A program made the position numbers and the translations under genes. A model generated the notes under the pieces. The model was not told the origin of the DNA and ran no database searches. It saw only the letters and a program-made list of their open reading frames with translations. A stretch of 64,000 nucleotides of DNA from Candidatus Enterousia sp. GTDB lineage: Bacteria; Pseudomonadota; Alphaproteobacteria; Rs-D84. Location of the stretch: positions 12,697 to 76,696 of the forward strand of contig JAZLBQ010000026.1 in NCBI GenBank assembly GCA_045613785.1, given 5' to 3'. Below are positions 1 through 8,834 of the stretch, one piece after another. How positions within the stretch are numbered: position 1 is the first letter of the stretch; each line of letters begins with the position of its first letter.

Positions 1-868
1 GCAGCAACTGTTCCTGGCTTTGGATTTTTCGCCTGATGATAAGTCGTTTTTTGAAAGAACGCCCCACTTGTCACCTTATCAAATTCTTCCTTGTTAAAAG
101 GTTTATCGTGCCAGTCCCACCACAATGCATGTGTTGGGTCCTGGTCAACGTGTGGCATTTTTGCAAAATATTTTATTGCCCGTGGGTCATTGTGAACCAT
201 TGTCTTGAACAACAATTGATGCATAAAGTAATCAAACGGTCCATTTTCTTTTGTCCAATAATCCAGCATCATAGCCCGCCAAGCGTCCAGCAAATACGCC
301 CCCTTGCGTGAACGGATAAAGCAATTTTGCATATAACTATATGGGCTGCCAACCTTTTGTCCAGCCATATAGACAAAGAAATCTTCATCAGCAATCCAGT
401 CAGGAATAGGCTGTGTTACAAAGCCCGTAGAATCCAGCCAAAAACCGCCGTGGTTATATAGCAATTCGACACGACAAATATCTGCGAAATGTGCGTGAGA
501 TATTTTTCCAGCCTTACGCTTTTTCATAATAATTTCTGGCAGTGTTATATAATCAAACACTGTCTTTTCGTCCAGCACCACCAATTCTTGTTTACAGTGT
601 TTTCTGACACTACGGAAACAAGCCTTGACTAATTCCGGTGCATTTTCTTCACCCTGCAACCACAGTGAAAAAATTTTATCATTTGCATCATTATTGACCA
701 CTTTGCGTTCCTTGACAGCGGCTGCGGCTGGCAAATATCTTTCAAAATATTTTGGTATTACACGTTCAATCACAGCACTTCGCACAGCACGACGTTTTAG
801 TCGTGGTCGCCAAAACCAGTTTAAAATATGTCCTTCTACAATAATCTGAGTCATTGCCCACATACGTT
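1..868 (-). CDS. glycosyltransferase, capsular-polysaccharide-synthesis/OCH1-like family (3' end beyond window edge)
   Basis: Manual minus-strand translation from the ATG at 868 gives MNFQRMWAMTQIIVEGH...; the AGGA RBS is 6 nt upstream. The HFADICRVELLYNHGGFWLDST segment resembles the sugar-binding motif of Gly_transf_sug / Caps_synth families. The reading frame runs off the window. Confidence 0.55.
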
Positions 869-931
869 GAAAATTCATAACCAATCCTTTTTATAAAACT
901 AAATTTCCCCAGTCAAAAACTGGGGAACCAA

Positions 932-2014
932 TTACTCTTCAGAATCCACCGCTGATGTTTCTTCATCATCGATTGGACCAGTTGTCATTTCTTCGGCTAT
1001 TCCGGACGAACGTGCCATAATTTTATTCAACAATTCTTCCTGTTCTGCCGGGTGATCTTTCAACCACTGACGAGCGTTAGCCTCGCCCTGCCCCATACGT
1101 TCACTGTTATAAGAATAGAAACTGCCTGCTTTTTCAATCAAGTCATATTTCACACCCATATCCAGAATTTCACTTATTCTTGAAATACCTTCACCATACA
1201 TAATCTTGAAATCAACAGTTCTAAATGGTGGTGCAACCTTGTTTTTAACAATTTTAACACGTGTTTCATTACCGACAATATTTTCTTTGTCTTTGATTTG
1301 TCCTGTTCTACGAATATCCAAACGCACCGACGCATAGAACTTTAACGCATTACCACCCGATGTTGTTTCTGGATTACCGAACATAACCCCAATCTTCATA
1401 CGAATTTGATTGATAAAGATAAGCAATGTATTACTGCGAGAAACAGACCCAGCCAATTTTTTCAAACTTTGACTCATAAGTCTTGCTGTTGTTCCAACGA
1501 ATGAATCCCCAATATTTCCTTCCAATTCTGCCTTTGGCACCAATGCCGCCACAGAATCAATTACAACAACATCAACCGCACCAGATTTAATCAAAGTATC
1601 TGCGATTTCCAATGCCTGTTCCCCAGAATCTGGCTGTGAAATAATAAGATTCGAAACATCAACACCCAACTTTTTTGCATAAGAAGGATCTAATGCATTT
1701 TCCGCATCAATATATGCACACGTTCCGCCTTTTTTCTGTGATTCTGCAACCGCATGCAACGCTAATGTTGTCTTACCTGATGATTCAGGGCCATATATTT
1801 CGACTATACGTCCTTTTGGATAACCGCCGACACCCAACGCAATATCCAACCCTAACGAGCCTGACGAAATCGCCTCTATATTTTGCTGCGATCCATCGCC
1901 CATTTTCATAATGGCTTCTTTACCGAACTGTTTTTGAATTTGTGCCAACGCAGATTCCAACGCTGGATTTTTTCCAGCCACTCCGCTATCTTTTGCAGCA
2001 TCTTTTTTTGCCAT
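932..2014 (-). CDS. recA: recombinase RecA
   Basis: 360-aa ORF with the Walker [10 protein letters not shown] and a RecA core ([59 protein letters not shown]). Confidence 0.95.
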   Translation of the reverse strand: MAKKDAAKDSGVAGKNPALESALAQIQKQFGKEAIMKMGDGSQQNIEAISSGSLGLDIALGVGGYPKGRIVEIYGPESSGKTTLALHAVAESQKKGGTCAYIDAENALDPSYAKKLGVDVSNLIISQPDSGEQALEIADTLIKSGAVDVVVIDSVAALVPKAELEGNIGDSFVGTTARLMSQSLKKLAGSVSRSNTLLIFINQIRMKIGVMFGNPETTSGGNALKFYASVRLDIRRTGQIKDKENIVGNETRVKIVKNKVAPPFRTVDFKIMYGEGISRISEILDMGVKYDLIEKAGSFYSYNSERMGQGEANARQWLKDHPAEQEELLNKIMARSSGIAEEMTTGPIDDEETSAVDSEE

Positions 2015-2077
2015 AATTTTCCCCTTTTTTTCTTAAGGAAATCTTACAAACAAACCACGAAAAAAGCAACGAATTTG

Positions 2078-3265
2078 TTATCTTTTCTTTTCTGGCAAAA
2101 TCAACAAACTAAACGCCCCGACAAAGACGGTTACAACCCACACAGCCGACGTTGTTCCGAACAAAGAAATCACAACTGCCGCCAACATCGGTGCAATAAC
2201 ATTTGGCAAATTAGAACTTGTTCTAAACACGCCATAATACTTGGCCTGCTGTGCCCGTCCCATACCGTCAAAGAACAACAAATCATGAACAGATTCCATC
2301 AATGCCCCCGACACCTGCCATGCAACAAATATAACCAATAACGGCACACCTGTAACGATTGTTGCAGCCGCTGACAATAATGCAAAAGAACCAAATCCCA
2401 GCATCAGCCAAATTGTTTTACCAAAACGTCTAACTGCCCGCCCCATAAATTCACTAAGCAACAAATAAGGCACAATCCCCAGCGTTAAAACCCAACCCAA
2501 CACGTCCTTATCAAATCCATTTTCAACAACCAAAATCGGCACATACAAGACACGCATTGCACGCAAAGAATAATACCCAAAGTTTACCAAATAAGCCCGC
2601 ACCATACCTGGCACCCTGAAAAATTGAACAGTATTTTTCCACAACGCCCGGAAAGTCTTGCGTGGATTGACCGGCTTTATTTGTTTATCTTCCTGAACGA
2701 TTTTGAAATATTTGAACACCGACCAAGCAATCAGATAAATCACAGCAGATGCAAAAAACGCCGCCCGATTACCAAACAAATCTGCAATCCAAACAGCAAG
2801 CATTGGTGCGAACAAGGCCCCCACATTCAACCATAAATGATACCGTGAATTTAACCTAGCCATACCGATATTTTTTGAAAAATCAGACATAAACAACGGA
2901 ATCAACATACTTGACAATGTGATTGCAATCCCGGTTGTATAGTCCAGAATAACAAAAGTCCGTGGCAATATTGAAAAGCTCATCATCGCATAGCAAATTG
3001 CCATCATCAGCAAAGCAAAAAAGAACACCCGAACCTTGGAAAAAGCCCGCAAGATTTCATTTGCGAACAGCCCTACAACAAAACAGAACACAGAATAAAT
3101 AGCAACATAAATTCCGACAATTGCAGAAGACTTAAAAATCTCTAATAAAACCAGTGAATAAACAGCATTGTAAATTCCATCTGCAAACCCTGTAAACAAA
3201 CCCAGATTTGCAAACGAAAAGCCACTAACACTTTTTCGAACTGAAATATATTTATCCCTTGCCAT
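2078..3265 (-). CDS. MFS-family transporter
   Basis: 395 aa, about 12 predicted hydrophobic helices; overall resemblance to major facilitator proteins. Confidence 0.6.
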   Translation of the reverse strand: MARDKYISVRKSVSGFSFANLGLFTGFADGIYNAVYSLVLLEIFKSSAIVGIYVAIYSVFCFVVGLFANEILRAFSKVRVFFFALLMMAICYAMMSFSILPRTFVILDYTTGIAITLSSMLIPLFMSDFSKNIGMARLNSRYHLWLNVGALFAPMLAVWIADLFGNRAAFFASAVIYLIAWSVFKYFKIVQEDKQIKPVNPRKTFRALWKNTVQFFRVPGMVRAYLVNFGYYSLRAMRVLYVPILVVENGFDKDVLGWVLTLGIVPYLLLSEFMGRAVRRFGKTIWLMLGFGSFALLSAAATIVTGVPLLVIFVAWQVSGALMESVHDLLFFDGMGRAQQAKYYGVFRTSSNLPNVIAPMLAAVVISLFGTTSAVWVVTVFVGAFSLLILPEKKR

Positions 3266-3319
3266 ATTGATAAATTATAGCATAAAAAAAACAAATCAGC
3301 AAACGCAAGGAATCAAAAT

Positions 3320-3430
3320 TTTAATGAAATTAAATAGAATAATTTAGATACGGACAGTGCCGTCCCCGCTGTGTCCAGAAGCGACATAAGGGAACGGCAC
3401 CGTTCGCAGATGAATTATTATATTTAATTT
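3320..3430. repeat. MITE-like palindromic element, copy 1 (TIR AAATTAAATAGAAT / ATTATATTTAATTT with internal hairpin)
   Basis: Near-identical to copies at 16011-16120 and 22661-22760. Terminal inverted repeats plus an internal imperfect palindrome gcggacagtgccgtcccc...gggaacggcaccgttcgc. Overlaps the yebC stop codon. Confidence 0.8.
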
Positions 3431-4140
3431 GCGGCAGTAAACACCTTCTGCACATCATCATTCGCATCCAATGCATCAACTAACTTTTCCAATTTAGCAT
3501 ACGCTTCGTCGTCCAAGTCCATTGGCATATTTGGAAGCCATGTCAATTCTGCCTGTTCTGGTTCACCCAATTTATCAGCCAAGATTTTTTGTGCATTGAT
3601 AAAATCTTCTGGTTTTGTTGTGATGATAAAACCTTCTTCGGATGTTTCCAGGTTATCAGCATTAGCCTCCATAATGATTTCCATCATTTCATCTTCAGTT
3701 TTGCCGATTGATGCAGGATACATAATCTGACCGGCACGTGTAAACATAAAGACAACACTGCCTTCTTCACCCATATTTCCGCCATTTTTACCAAAGATGT
3801 TACGAATTTCTGGCACTGTGCGACGTGGGTTATCGGTCAAGGCCTCTACAATAACAGGCACTGCCCCTGGTCCATAACCTTCATATCTTACTGCTTCATA
3901 GTTTTCGGTATTTGACCCCGATGCTTTATCGATTGCACGTTTGATATTATCGTTCGGCATAGAATTCTTGCGTGCTGTCAAGATTGCCAAACGCAGGCGT
4001 GGATTATTATCAGGGTTTTTATCACCCAGCTTTGCCGCCATTGTAATTTCACGTGCTAATTTTGTAAACAAACCACTTCGTGCTGCGTCTGCTGCACCTT
4101 TTTTGTGTTGGATATTATGCCATTTACTATGTCCACTCAT
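3424..4140 (-). CDS. yebC: YebC/PmpR-family transcriptional regulator
   Basis: 238 aa; MSGHSKWHNIQHKKGAADAARSGLFTKLAREI is the canonical YebC N-terminus. Confidence 0.9.
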   Translation of the reverse strand: MSGHSKWHNIQHKKGAADAARSGLFTKLAREITMAAKLGDKNPDNNPRLRLAILTARKNSMPNDNIKRAIDKASGSNTENYEAVRYEGYGPGAVPVIVEALTDNPRRTVPEIRNIFGKNGGNMGEEGSVVFMFTRAGQIMYPASIGKTEDEMMEIIMEANADNLETSEEGFIITTKPEDFINAQKILADKLGEPEQAELTWLPNMPMDLDDEAYAKLEKLVDALDANDDVQKVFTAAN

Positions 4141-4190
4141 ATTTGACCTTTTTATTTATTTAGGTTAAAATCACCCCAAAAGGATAGCAA

Positions 4191-4784
4191 ATGATTGGTA
4201 AATTGCAAGGCATAGTTGACTATATTGGCGACGGATATGTAATTTTATTGACAGGGGGTGTCGGCTACAAGGTTTATACTGCCGAATACCTGCCGCACAA
4301 AAGCACGGTAGAGCTGTGGATAGAAACAATTGTCCGAGAAGATTCCATACGCCTATTTGGTTTTACCAGTCTATCTGCACAAAACCTGTTTAATATGCTA
4401 ACGGGGGTTTCTGGTGTTGGTCCAAAGGTTGCTTTGGCAATACTTGGGACAATAAATTCCGACACATTGATGTCAGCGATTGCGACAGGCGACGCAAAAA
4501 CGATTGCTACTGCCCCAGGGGTTGGCAAAAAGATGGCAGAAAAAATCATTGTTGAATTAAAGAACAAAGTAGGTGGCATATCTGCGACATTATTTGCCCC
4601 AGAAGTTGACACAACTATGACAGCATCGTCTGCCCTACCAGATTTATTGATGGCATTAGAATCCTTGGGCTATCGCCGTCTAGACATTATTGAAATGGCA
4701 CAAAAGTTGGTGAATCAAAACCCAACCGCAGACGTATCTAAACTGGTTCCCCTGGCATTAAAAGAAATCAGCAAAGGCAAATAA
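4191..4784 (+). CDS. ruvA: Holliday junction branch migration protein RuvA
   Basis: 197 aa; MIGKLQG...GVGYKV N-terminus and the HhH segment GVSGVGPKVALAILG. Confidence 0.9.
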   Translation: MIGKLQGIVDYIGDGYVILLTGGVGYKVYTAEYLPHKSTVELWIETIVREDSIRLFGFTSLSAQNLFNMLTGVSGVGPKVALAILGTINSDTLMSAIATGDAKTIATAPGVGKKMAEKIIVELKNKVGGISATLFAPEVDTTMTASSALPDLLMALESLGYRRLDIIEMAQKLVNQNPTADVSKLVPLALKEISKGK

Positions 4785-4788
4785 AACA

Positions 4789-6114
4789 ATGAACAATAAC
4801 GACACAATTTTTGCACTTTCATCTGGGCACGGCAAATCAGGCGTTGCGGTTATTCGCATATCTGGCGACAAACTGCACGACGTATTTTCCACTTTTATAA
4901 ACAAGCCTGAATTTACCCCACGCCAGGCATATTTTTGCAATCTTCACGACAATAATAATGACCTGCTGGATCAATGCCTGGCAATATATTTTCCTGCTCC
5001 ACACAGTTTCACAGGCACTGACGTTATTGAATTACACACACACGGTGCACCTGCAACAATCAATGCGGTATTTGAATACCTAAAGACATTAGGCATGCGT
5101 CTTGCGACCCCTGGGGAATTTTCACGTCGTGCATTTTATAATAACAAAATGGACTTAGCAGATGTTGACGGTCTGGCGGCATTACTTGACGCCCAAACAG
5201 ACCAGCAACGCAAACACGCCCTTAAATCAATGCTGGGTTCAGACAGCCAGATTTACAACACCTGGCGTAATCAGATGGTTGAAATATCGGCTTATGCTGC
5301 TGCTATCCTTGATTACAGTCCTGATGATTTACCAGAAAACATATCTGAAACAATAAAATCCAGAACATCAAAATTATACATTGAAATAACCAATGCATTA
5401 AAAAAATACAAAACATCACGTGCAATCCGTGGCGGTATAAATATTGCATTAGTTGGCGAAACAAACGTTGGTAAATCATCAATATTTAATTACATTGTTG
5501 GTTCTAATCGCGCGATTGTATCTGATATTGCTGGCACTACACGTGATGTCATATCTGCAAATCTTGACATTGACGGATACCTGGTAAATTTATCAGACAC
5601 GGCAGGTCTGCGTGAAACAGACGATATAATTGAATCAATCGGGATACAGCGAACAAAATCAGAAATCAAAAACGCAGATATTGTCTTGCACGTTTACACG
5701 CCGGACACTGTTCCACTGTTACGCATAGATGAATCCCGCATTGGTCCAAATCCAAACATAAACATTGTGAACAAGTGCGACACAATTCCTCAATCAGAAT
5801 ACGACTATGAATTTGGTCTGCCCATATCTGCCAAGACAGGTATTGGAATGGATGATTTAATGGAAACAATCCGCAATAAAATTCACGAGATATTTGACAC
5901 CACAGAAAACAGCCTTTGCATAAATGCCCGCACCAAAGAATTATTAGAAACTGCCCAATCCGAATTAGGCAACGCACTAAACGCTGGCGAAAATTACGAC
6001 ATATTTGCCGAACACACTCGCCGTTCTGCGGACGCAATTGGCAAGATTCTGGGCACAATCACGGCAAGCGAGGTTCTAGACAAAACCTTTGGGCAACTAT
6101 GCCTAGGCAAATAA
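4789..6114 (+). CDS. mnmE: tRNA modification GTPase MnmE
   Basis: 441 aa; G-domain GETNVGKSS, DTAGLRE, and a C-terminal CLGK tail typical of MnmE/TrmE. Confidence 0.9.
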   Translation: MNNNDTIFALSSGHGKSGVAVIRISGDKLHDVFSTFINKPEFTPRQAYFCNLHDNNNDLLDQCLAIYFPAPHSFTGTDVIELHTHGAPATINAVFEYLKTLGMRLATPGEFSRRAFYNNKMDLADVDGLAALLDAQTDQQRKHALKSMLGSDSQIYNTWRNQMVEISAYAAAILDYSPDDLPENISETIKSRTSKLYIEITNALKKYKTSRAIRGGINIALVGETNVGKSSIFNYIVGSNRAIVSDIAGTTRDVISANLDIDGYLVNLSDTAGLRETDDIIESIGIQRTKSEIKNADIVLHVYTPDTVPLLRIDESRIGPNPNINIVNKCDTIPQSEYDYEFGLPISAKTGIGMDDLMETIRNKIHEIFDTTENSLCINARTKELLETAQSELGNALNAGENYDIFAEHTRRSADAIGKILGTITASEVLDKTFGQLCLGK

Positions 6115-6132
6115 CTCCCCAATCAGCATAGA

Positions 6133-6315
6133 TAAAATTAAATAGAATAGTCTAGAAAAAAACAATCGGGAATCGTAGTGCACAAACGCTACATACGATT
6201 CCCGATTTAAATTATAATTTATTGAAAATAAAAGATAATAGTATAGATACGGGTGGGGACGATATCGTAGTGCTCAAACGCTACATAAGATATCCCCCCC
6301 ACCCATAGATATGCC
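6133..6315. repeat. MITE-like element, tandem divergent double unit (copy 2a/2b)
   Basis: Starts with AAATTAAATAGAATAG. Two hairpins (aatcgggaatcgtagtg...ctacatacgattcccgatt and gggtggggacgatatcgtagtg...gatatcccccccaccc) share the loop core GTGCxCAAACGCTACATA with the other copies. Confidence 0.6.
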
Positions 6316-6329
6316 ATCAGATTTTATTT

Positions 6330-7910
6330 TTATTCGTGGCGGTCAGGATACATTCCATCTATCAGATTCTGACGAACCACGTGATGTTTAACCTTTTGCG
6401 TGCCAGTCAAAGGCAAATCCTCGGTTGTCATCGCAAAGTGTGTAACCCACTTATAACTGGCAACTTTTTTATTTGCTGCTGCAATTTCCGCCCCCAGTTT
6501 TTCGATTGTCATACCTGGTTCAACACTGAACACACCATATGAAACCGTTTTATCTTTGACCTTGTGTTCAAAGACAGCAACGTTTTTAACACCAGGGATT
6601 GTGATAAACATACCTTCTAATTCATCTGGATAAACGTTTTTACCACTGTCTAAAACGATAACCTGCTTTTTGCGACCAGCAAAATGCAATTCACCGTTTT
6701 TGTCCATTGTAACCATATCACCAGTATTAAAGAAGCCACGTTCATCAAAGATTTCTTTATTGGCTTCTTCGTTATTCAAGTATCCACCGAACACCTGATG
6801 TCCACGCAACCACAGAACACCAACGCCATCTTCGTTTTTATCACGAATTTCGCATTCATTATTCAGTGTTGGTCCACCAAAAGCGAACGGCAAACGTTTT
6901 TTAGTTGGCTTTGAAATACAGATTGGTCCAACAGTTTCGGTCAAACCATACCCCTGGATAAATGTCAACCCCAAACGTTCATAGAAAGTTTCAACCTCTG
7001 GCTTAGTTGCTGCACCACCTGCAATCAACAAGCGTGCACGTCCACCAAAGACATCCAAGATTGGTTTTTGGACTTTACGCACCAGCGCACCCAAACCAAT
7101 TTTCTGCAATGTCTTGCCGTATTTCAATACAAAAGACACCAACCCCCATTTTTTCTGTGCTTTGACGTTATCAATAATTTTGTTCCGGAAAACTTCCCAC
7201 AATCTTGGCACAGCTGGGATAACTTGTGGTCGGAATTTTTTAAAGTCCGCCATAATTTCCTTTGGATTGATTGTTGGCTGCAACAACACCCCTGCCCCAT
7301 AGTGCAAAGTTGCCAAGATTTCGACTGCGAAACCGAACACGTGATACATTGGCAAAAATCCATACAGATAATCACCTGGTTTAATCCATTCAGCCATTGA
7401 TTCCAATGAATTTGTGCATTCAACGATATTAAAGTGTGTCAACGGCACAACCTTTGGCTGCCCTGTTGAGCCTGATGTAAAAGACATTGTTGCAATATCC
7501 AAAGATTCTACTGCAGCAGGCTTTAAATCAGGGTTTATATCGCCATCTTTCTTGGTAATTTCATAGAAAGTAAATTTATCTGTTTTGTAAACAAAAGACT
7601 TTTCTGCACACACGAACTTACAGTCTGTGATTGTTGCCATATTGTCATATTCAAATGGGGTCAGATTTGTATCCAACAACAATACTGTCCCCCCCAGATA
7701 CCAAATTGCGAATAACGATATTGGGAATTCTGGGATATTATGCGACAAGATACCAATTACATCGCCTTTTTTAACACCTGCTTTATCAAGTGAAGCGGCT
7801 CTAGCCTTTACCAAACCAATGAAGTCTTTATACGTAACCCCTTCACGCACCAGATATAAATTATCTGGATATGTCTGTGCTGTTTTTTCCAGCATTTGAT
7901 ACATATTCAT
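6330..7910 (-). CDS. long-chain fatty-acid--CoA ligase (AMP-binding enzyme)
   Basis: AMP-binding motif TSGSTGQPKVV, GYGLTE, and the C-terminal K of the adenylation domain. Start set at the internal MNMYQMLEKTAQTYPDN; the upstream 52 codons of the ORF look non-coding. Confidence 0.8.
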   Translation of the reverse strand: MNMYQMLEKTAQTYPDNLYLVREGVTYKDFIGLVKARAASLDKAGVKKGDVIGILSHNIPEFPISLFAIWYLGGTVLLLDTNLTPFEYDNMATITDCKFVCAEKSFVYKTDKFTFYEITKKDGDINPDLKPAAVESLDIATMSFTSGSTGQPKVVPLTHFNIVECTNSLESMAEWIKPGDYLYGFLPMYHVFGFAVEILATLHYGAGVLLQPTINPKEIMADFKKFRPQVIPAVPRLWEVFRNKIIDNVKAQKKWGLVSFVLKYGKTLQKIGLGALVRKVQKPILDVFGGRARLLIAGGAATKPEVETFYERLGLTFIQGYGLTETVGPICISKPTKKRLPFAFGGPTLNNECEIRDKNEDGVGVLWLRGHQVFGGYLNNEEANKEIFDERGFFNTGDMVTMDKNGELHFAGRKKQVIVLDSGKNVYPDELEGMFITIPGVKNVAVFEHKVKDKTVSYGVFSVEPGMTIEKLGAEIAAANKKVASYKWVTHFAMTTEDLPLTGTQKVKHHVVRQNLIDGMYPDRHE

Positions 7911-7980
7911 AGTATAAAATTCCTTGTTGTTTTTTATATTGGACACGGATATTATACTCAGTAAACCAAGGAAATCAATT

Positions 7981-8751
7981 ATGAAAATTTTGACATTAAA
8001 TATAAACTCTATCCGTGCCCACATTGAAAGTTTCATTGACATTTTGCGTCGTGGTGAATACGACACAATCCTTGTTCAGGAATTAAAGGTTGAAACTGCA
8101 AACTTTCCACATGCCCTATTTGATGAATATGGATATAACGTGAAAGTTTTTGGTCAAAAGTCCTGGAATGGCGTTGCAACATTTTCCAAATTCTCCATCG
8201 AAGACGCTATCCTTGGCATGCCAAATTACGCAGATCCTAACGCCCGTTTTCTAGAATGTGTTGTTGACGGTCACGTTCGCCTGATAAACACATACATGCC
8301 AAACGGGGACACAGTTGAATCGCCCAAATTTCCATACAAACTAGAATGGATGCGTGCCTTTACAGATTACATATCCCAATATTTGGACAGTCCAGAACCT
8401 GTAATCATTGGTGGTGATTTCAACGTTGCAATCCAGGATCGAGATATCTGGAAGCCCAAAAATTACGAAGGCATTGCAATTTCTGCACCTGCCGCACGCA
8501 GCATTATGAACCAATGGCTAGACGCAGGCTGGACAGACGCCTGGCGTTCTCTGCACCCAGACGAAATAGATTATACCTGGTATGGCTATCGTGGCCGTGA
8601 CACAGTCGGCAACAAACAAGGCCTTCGCCTGGACTACTTTTTGTGCAACAAAACTGCTACAAAAATGATAAAGAATTGTGAAATAGACCTTGAACCACGC
8701 CTGGCCACAAAACCAACAGACCACTGTGGTTTAATGCTTGAAATAAAATAA
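7981..8751 (+). CDS. xth: exodeoxyribonuclease III
   Basis: MKILTLNINSIRAH N-terminus, the EEP-fold motifs QELK, GGDFNV and DHC near the C-terminus. Start moved to the internal ATG at 7981. Confidence 0.9.
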   Translation: MKILTLNINSIRAHIESFIDILRRGEYDTILVQELKVETANFPHALFDEYGYNVKVFGQKSWNGVATFSKFSIEDAILGMPNYADPNARFLECVVDGHVRLINTYMPNGDTVESPKFPYKLEWMRAFTDYISQYLDSPEPVIIGGDFNVAIQDRDIWKPKNYEGIAISAPAARSIMNQWLDAGWTDAWRSLHPDEIDYTWYGYRGRDTVGNKQGLRLDYFLCNKTATKMIKNCEIDLEPRLATKPTDHCGLMLEIK

Positions 8752-8783
8752 AATAAAATAAAATAAAATAAAATAAAATAAAA
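8741..8783. repeat. (AAATA)8 pentanucleotide microsatellite
   Basis: Eight perfect AAATA units overlapping the last three codons and stop of xth. Confidence 0.9.
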
Positions 8784-8800
8784 CAGCACAACAAAGACCT

Positions 8801-8834
8801 AAATAGAATGGTAAAACCCCAACCATTCTATTTA
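8801..8834. repeat. mini-palindrome made of the MITE TIR motif (AAATAGAATGG...CCATTCTATTTA)
   Basis: An 11-bp inverted repeat around a 12-nt spacer. It reuses the AAATAGAAT terminal motif of the MITE family and also supplies the TAA stop of the addB-like gene. Confidence 0.6.

Noticed and set aside
36-849. Plus-strand ORFs 36..311 and 625..849
   Set aside because: Both lie antisense within the minus-strand glycosyltransferase reading frame, which has a good RBS and a recognisable GT motif.
1675-2341. Plus-strand ORFs 1675..1911 and 1883..2341
   Set aside because: Antisense to recA and the MFS gene; low-complexity translations.
4274-4612. Minus ORF inside ruvA
   Set aside because: Antisense to a well-supported ruvA.
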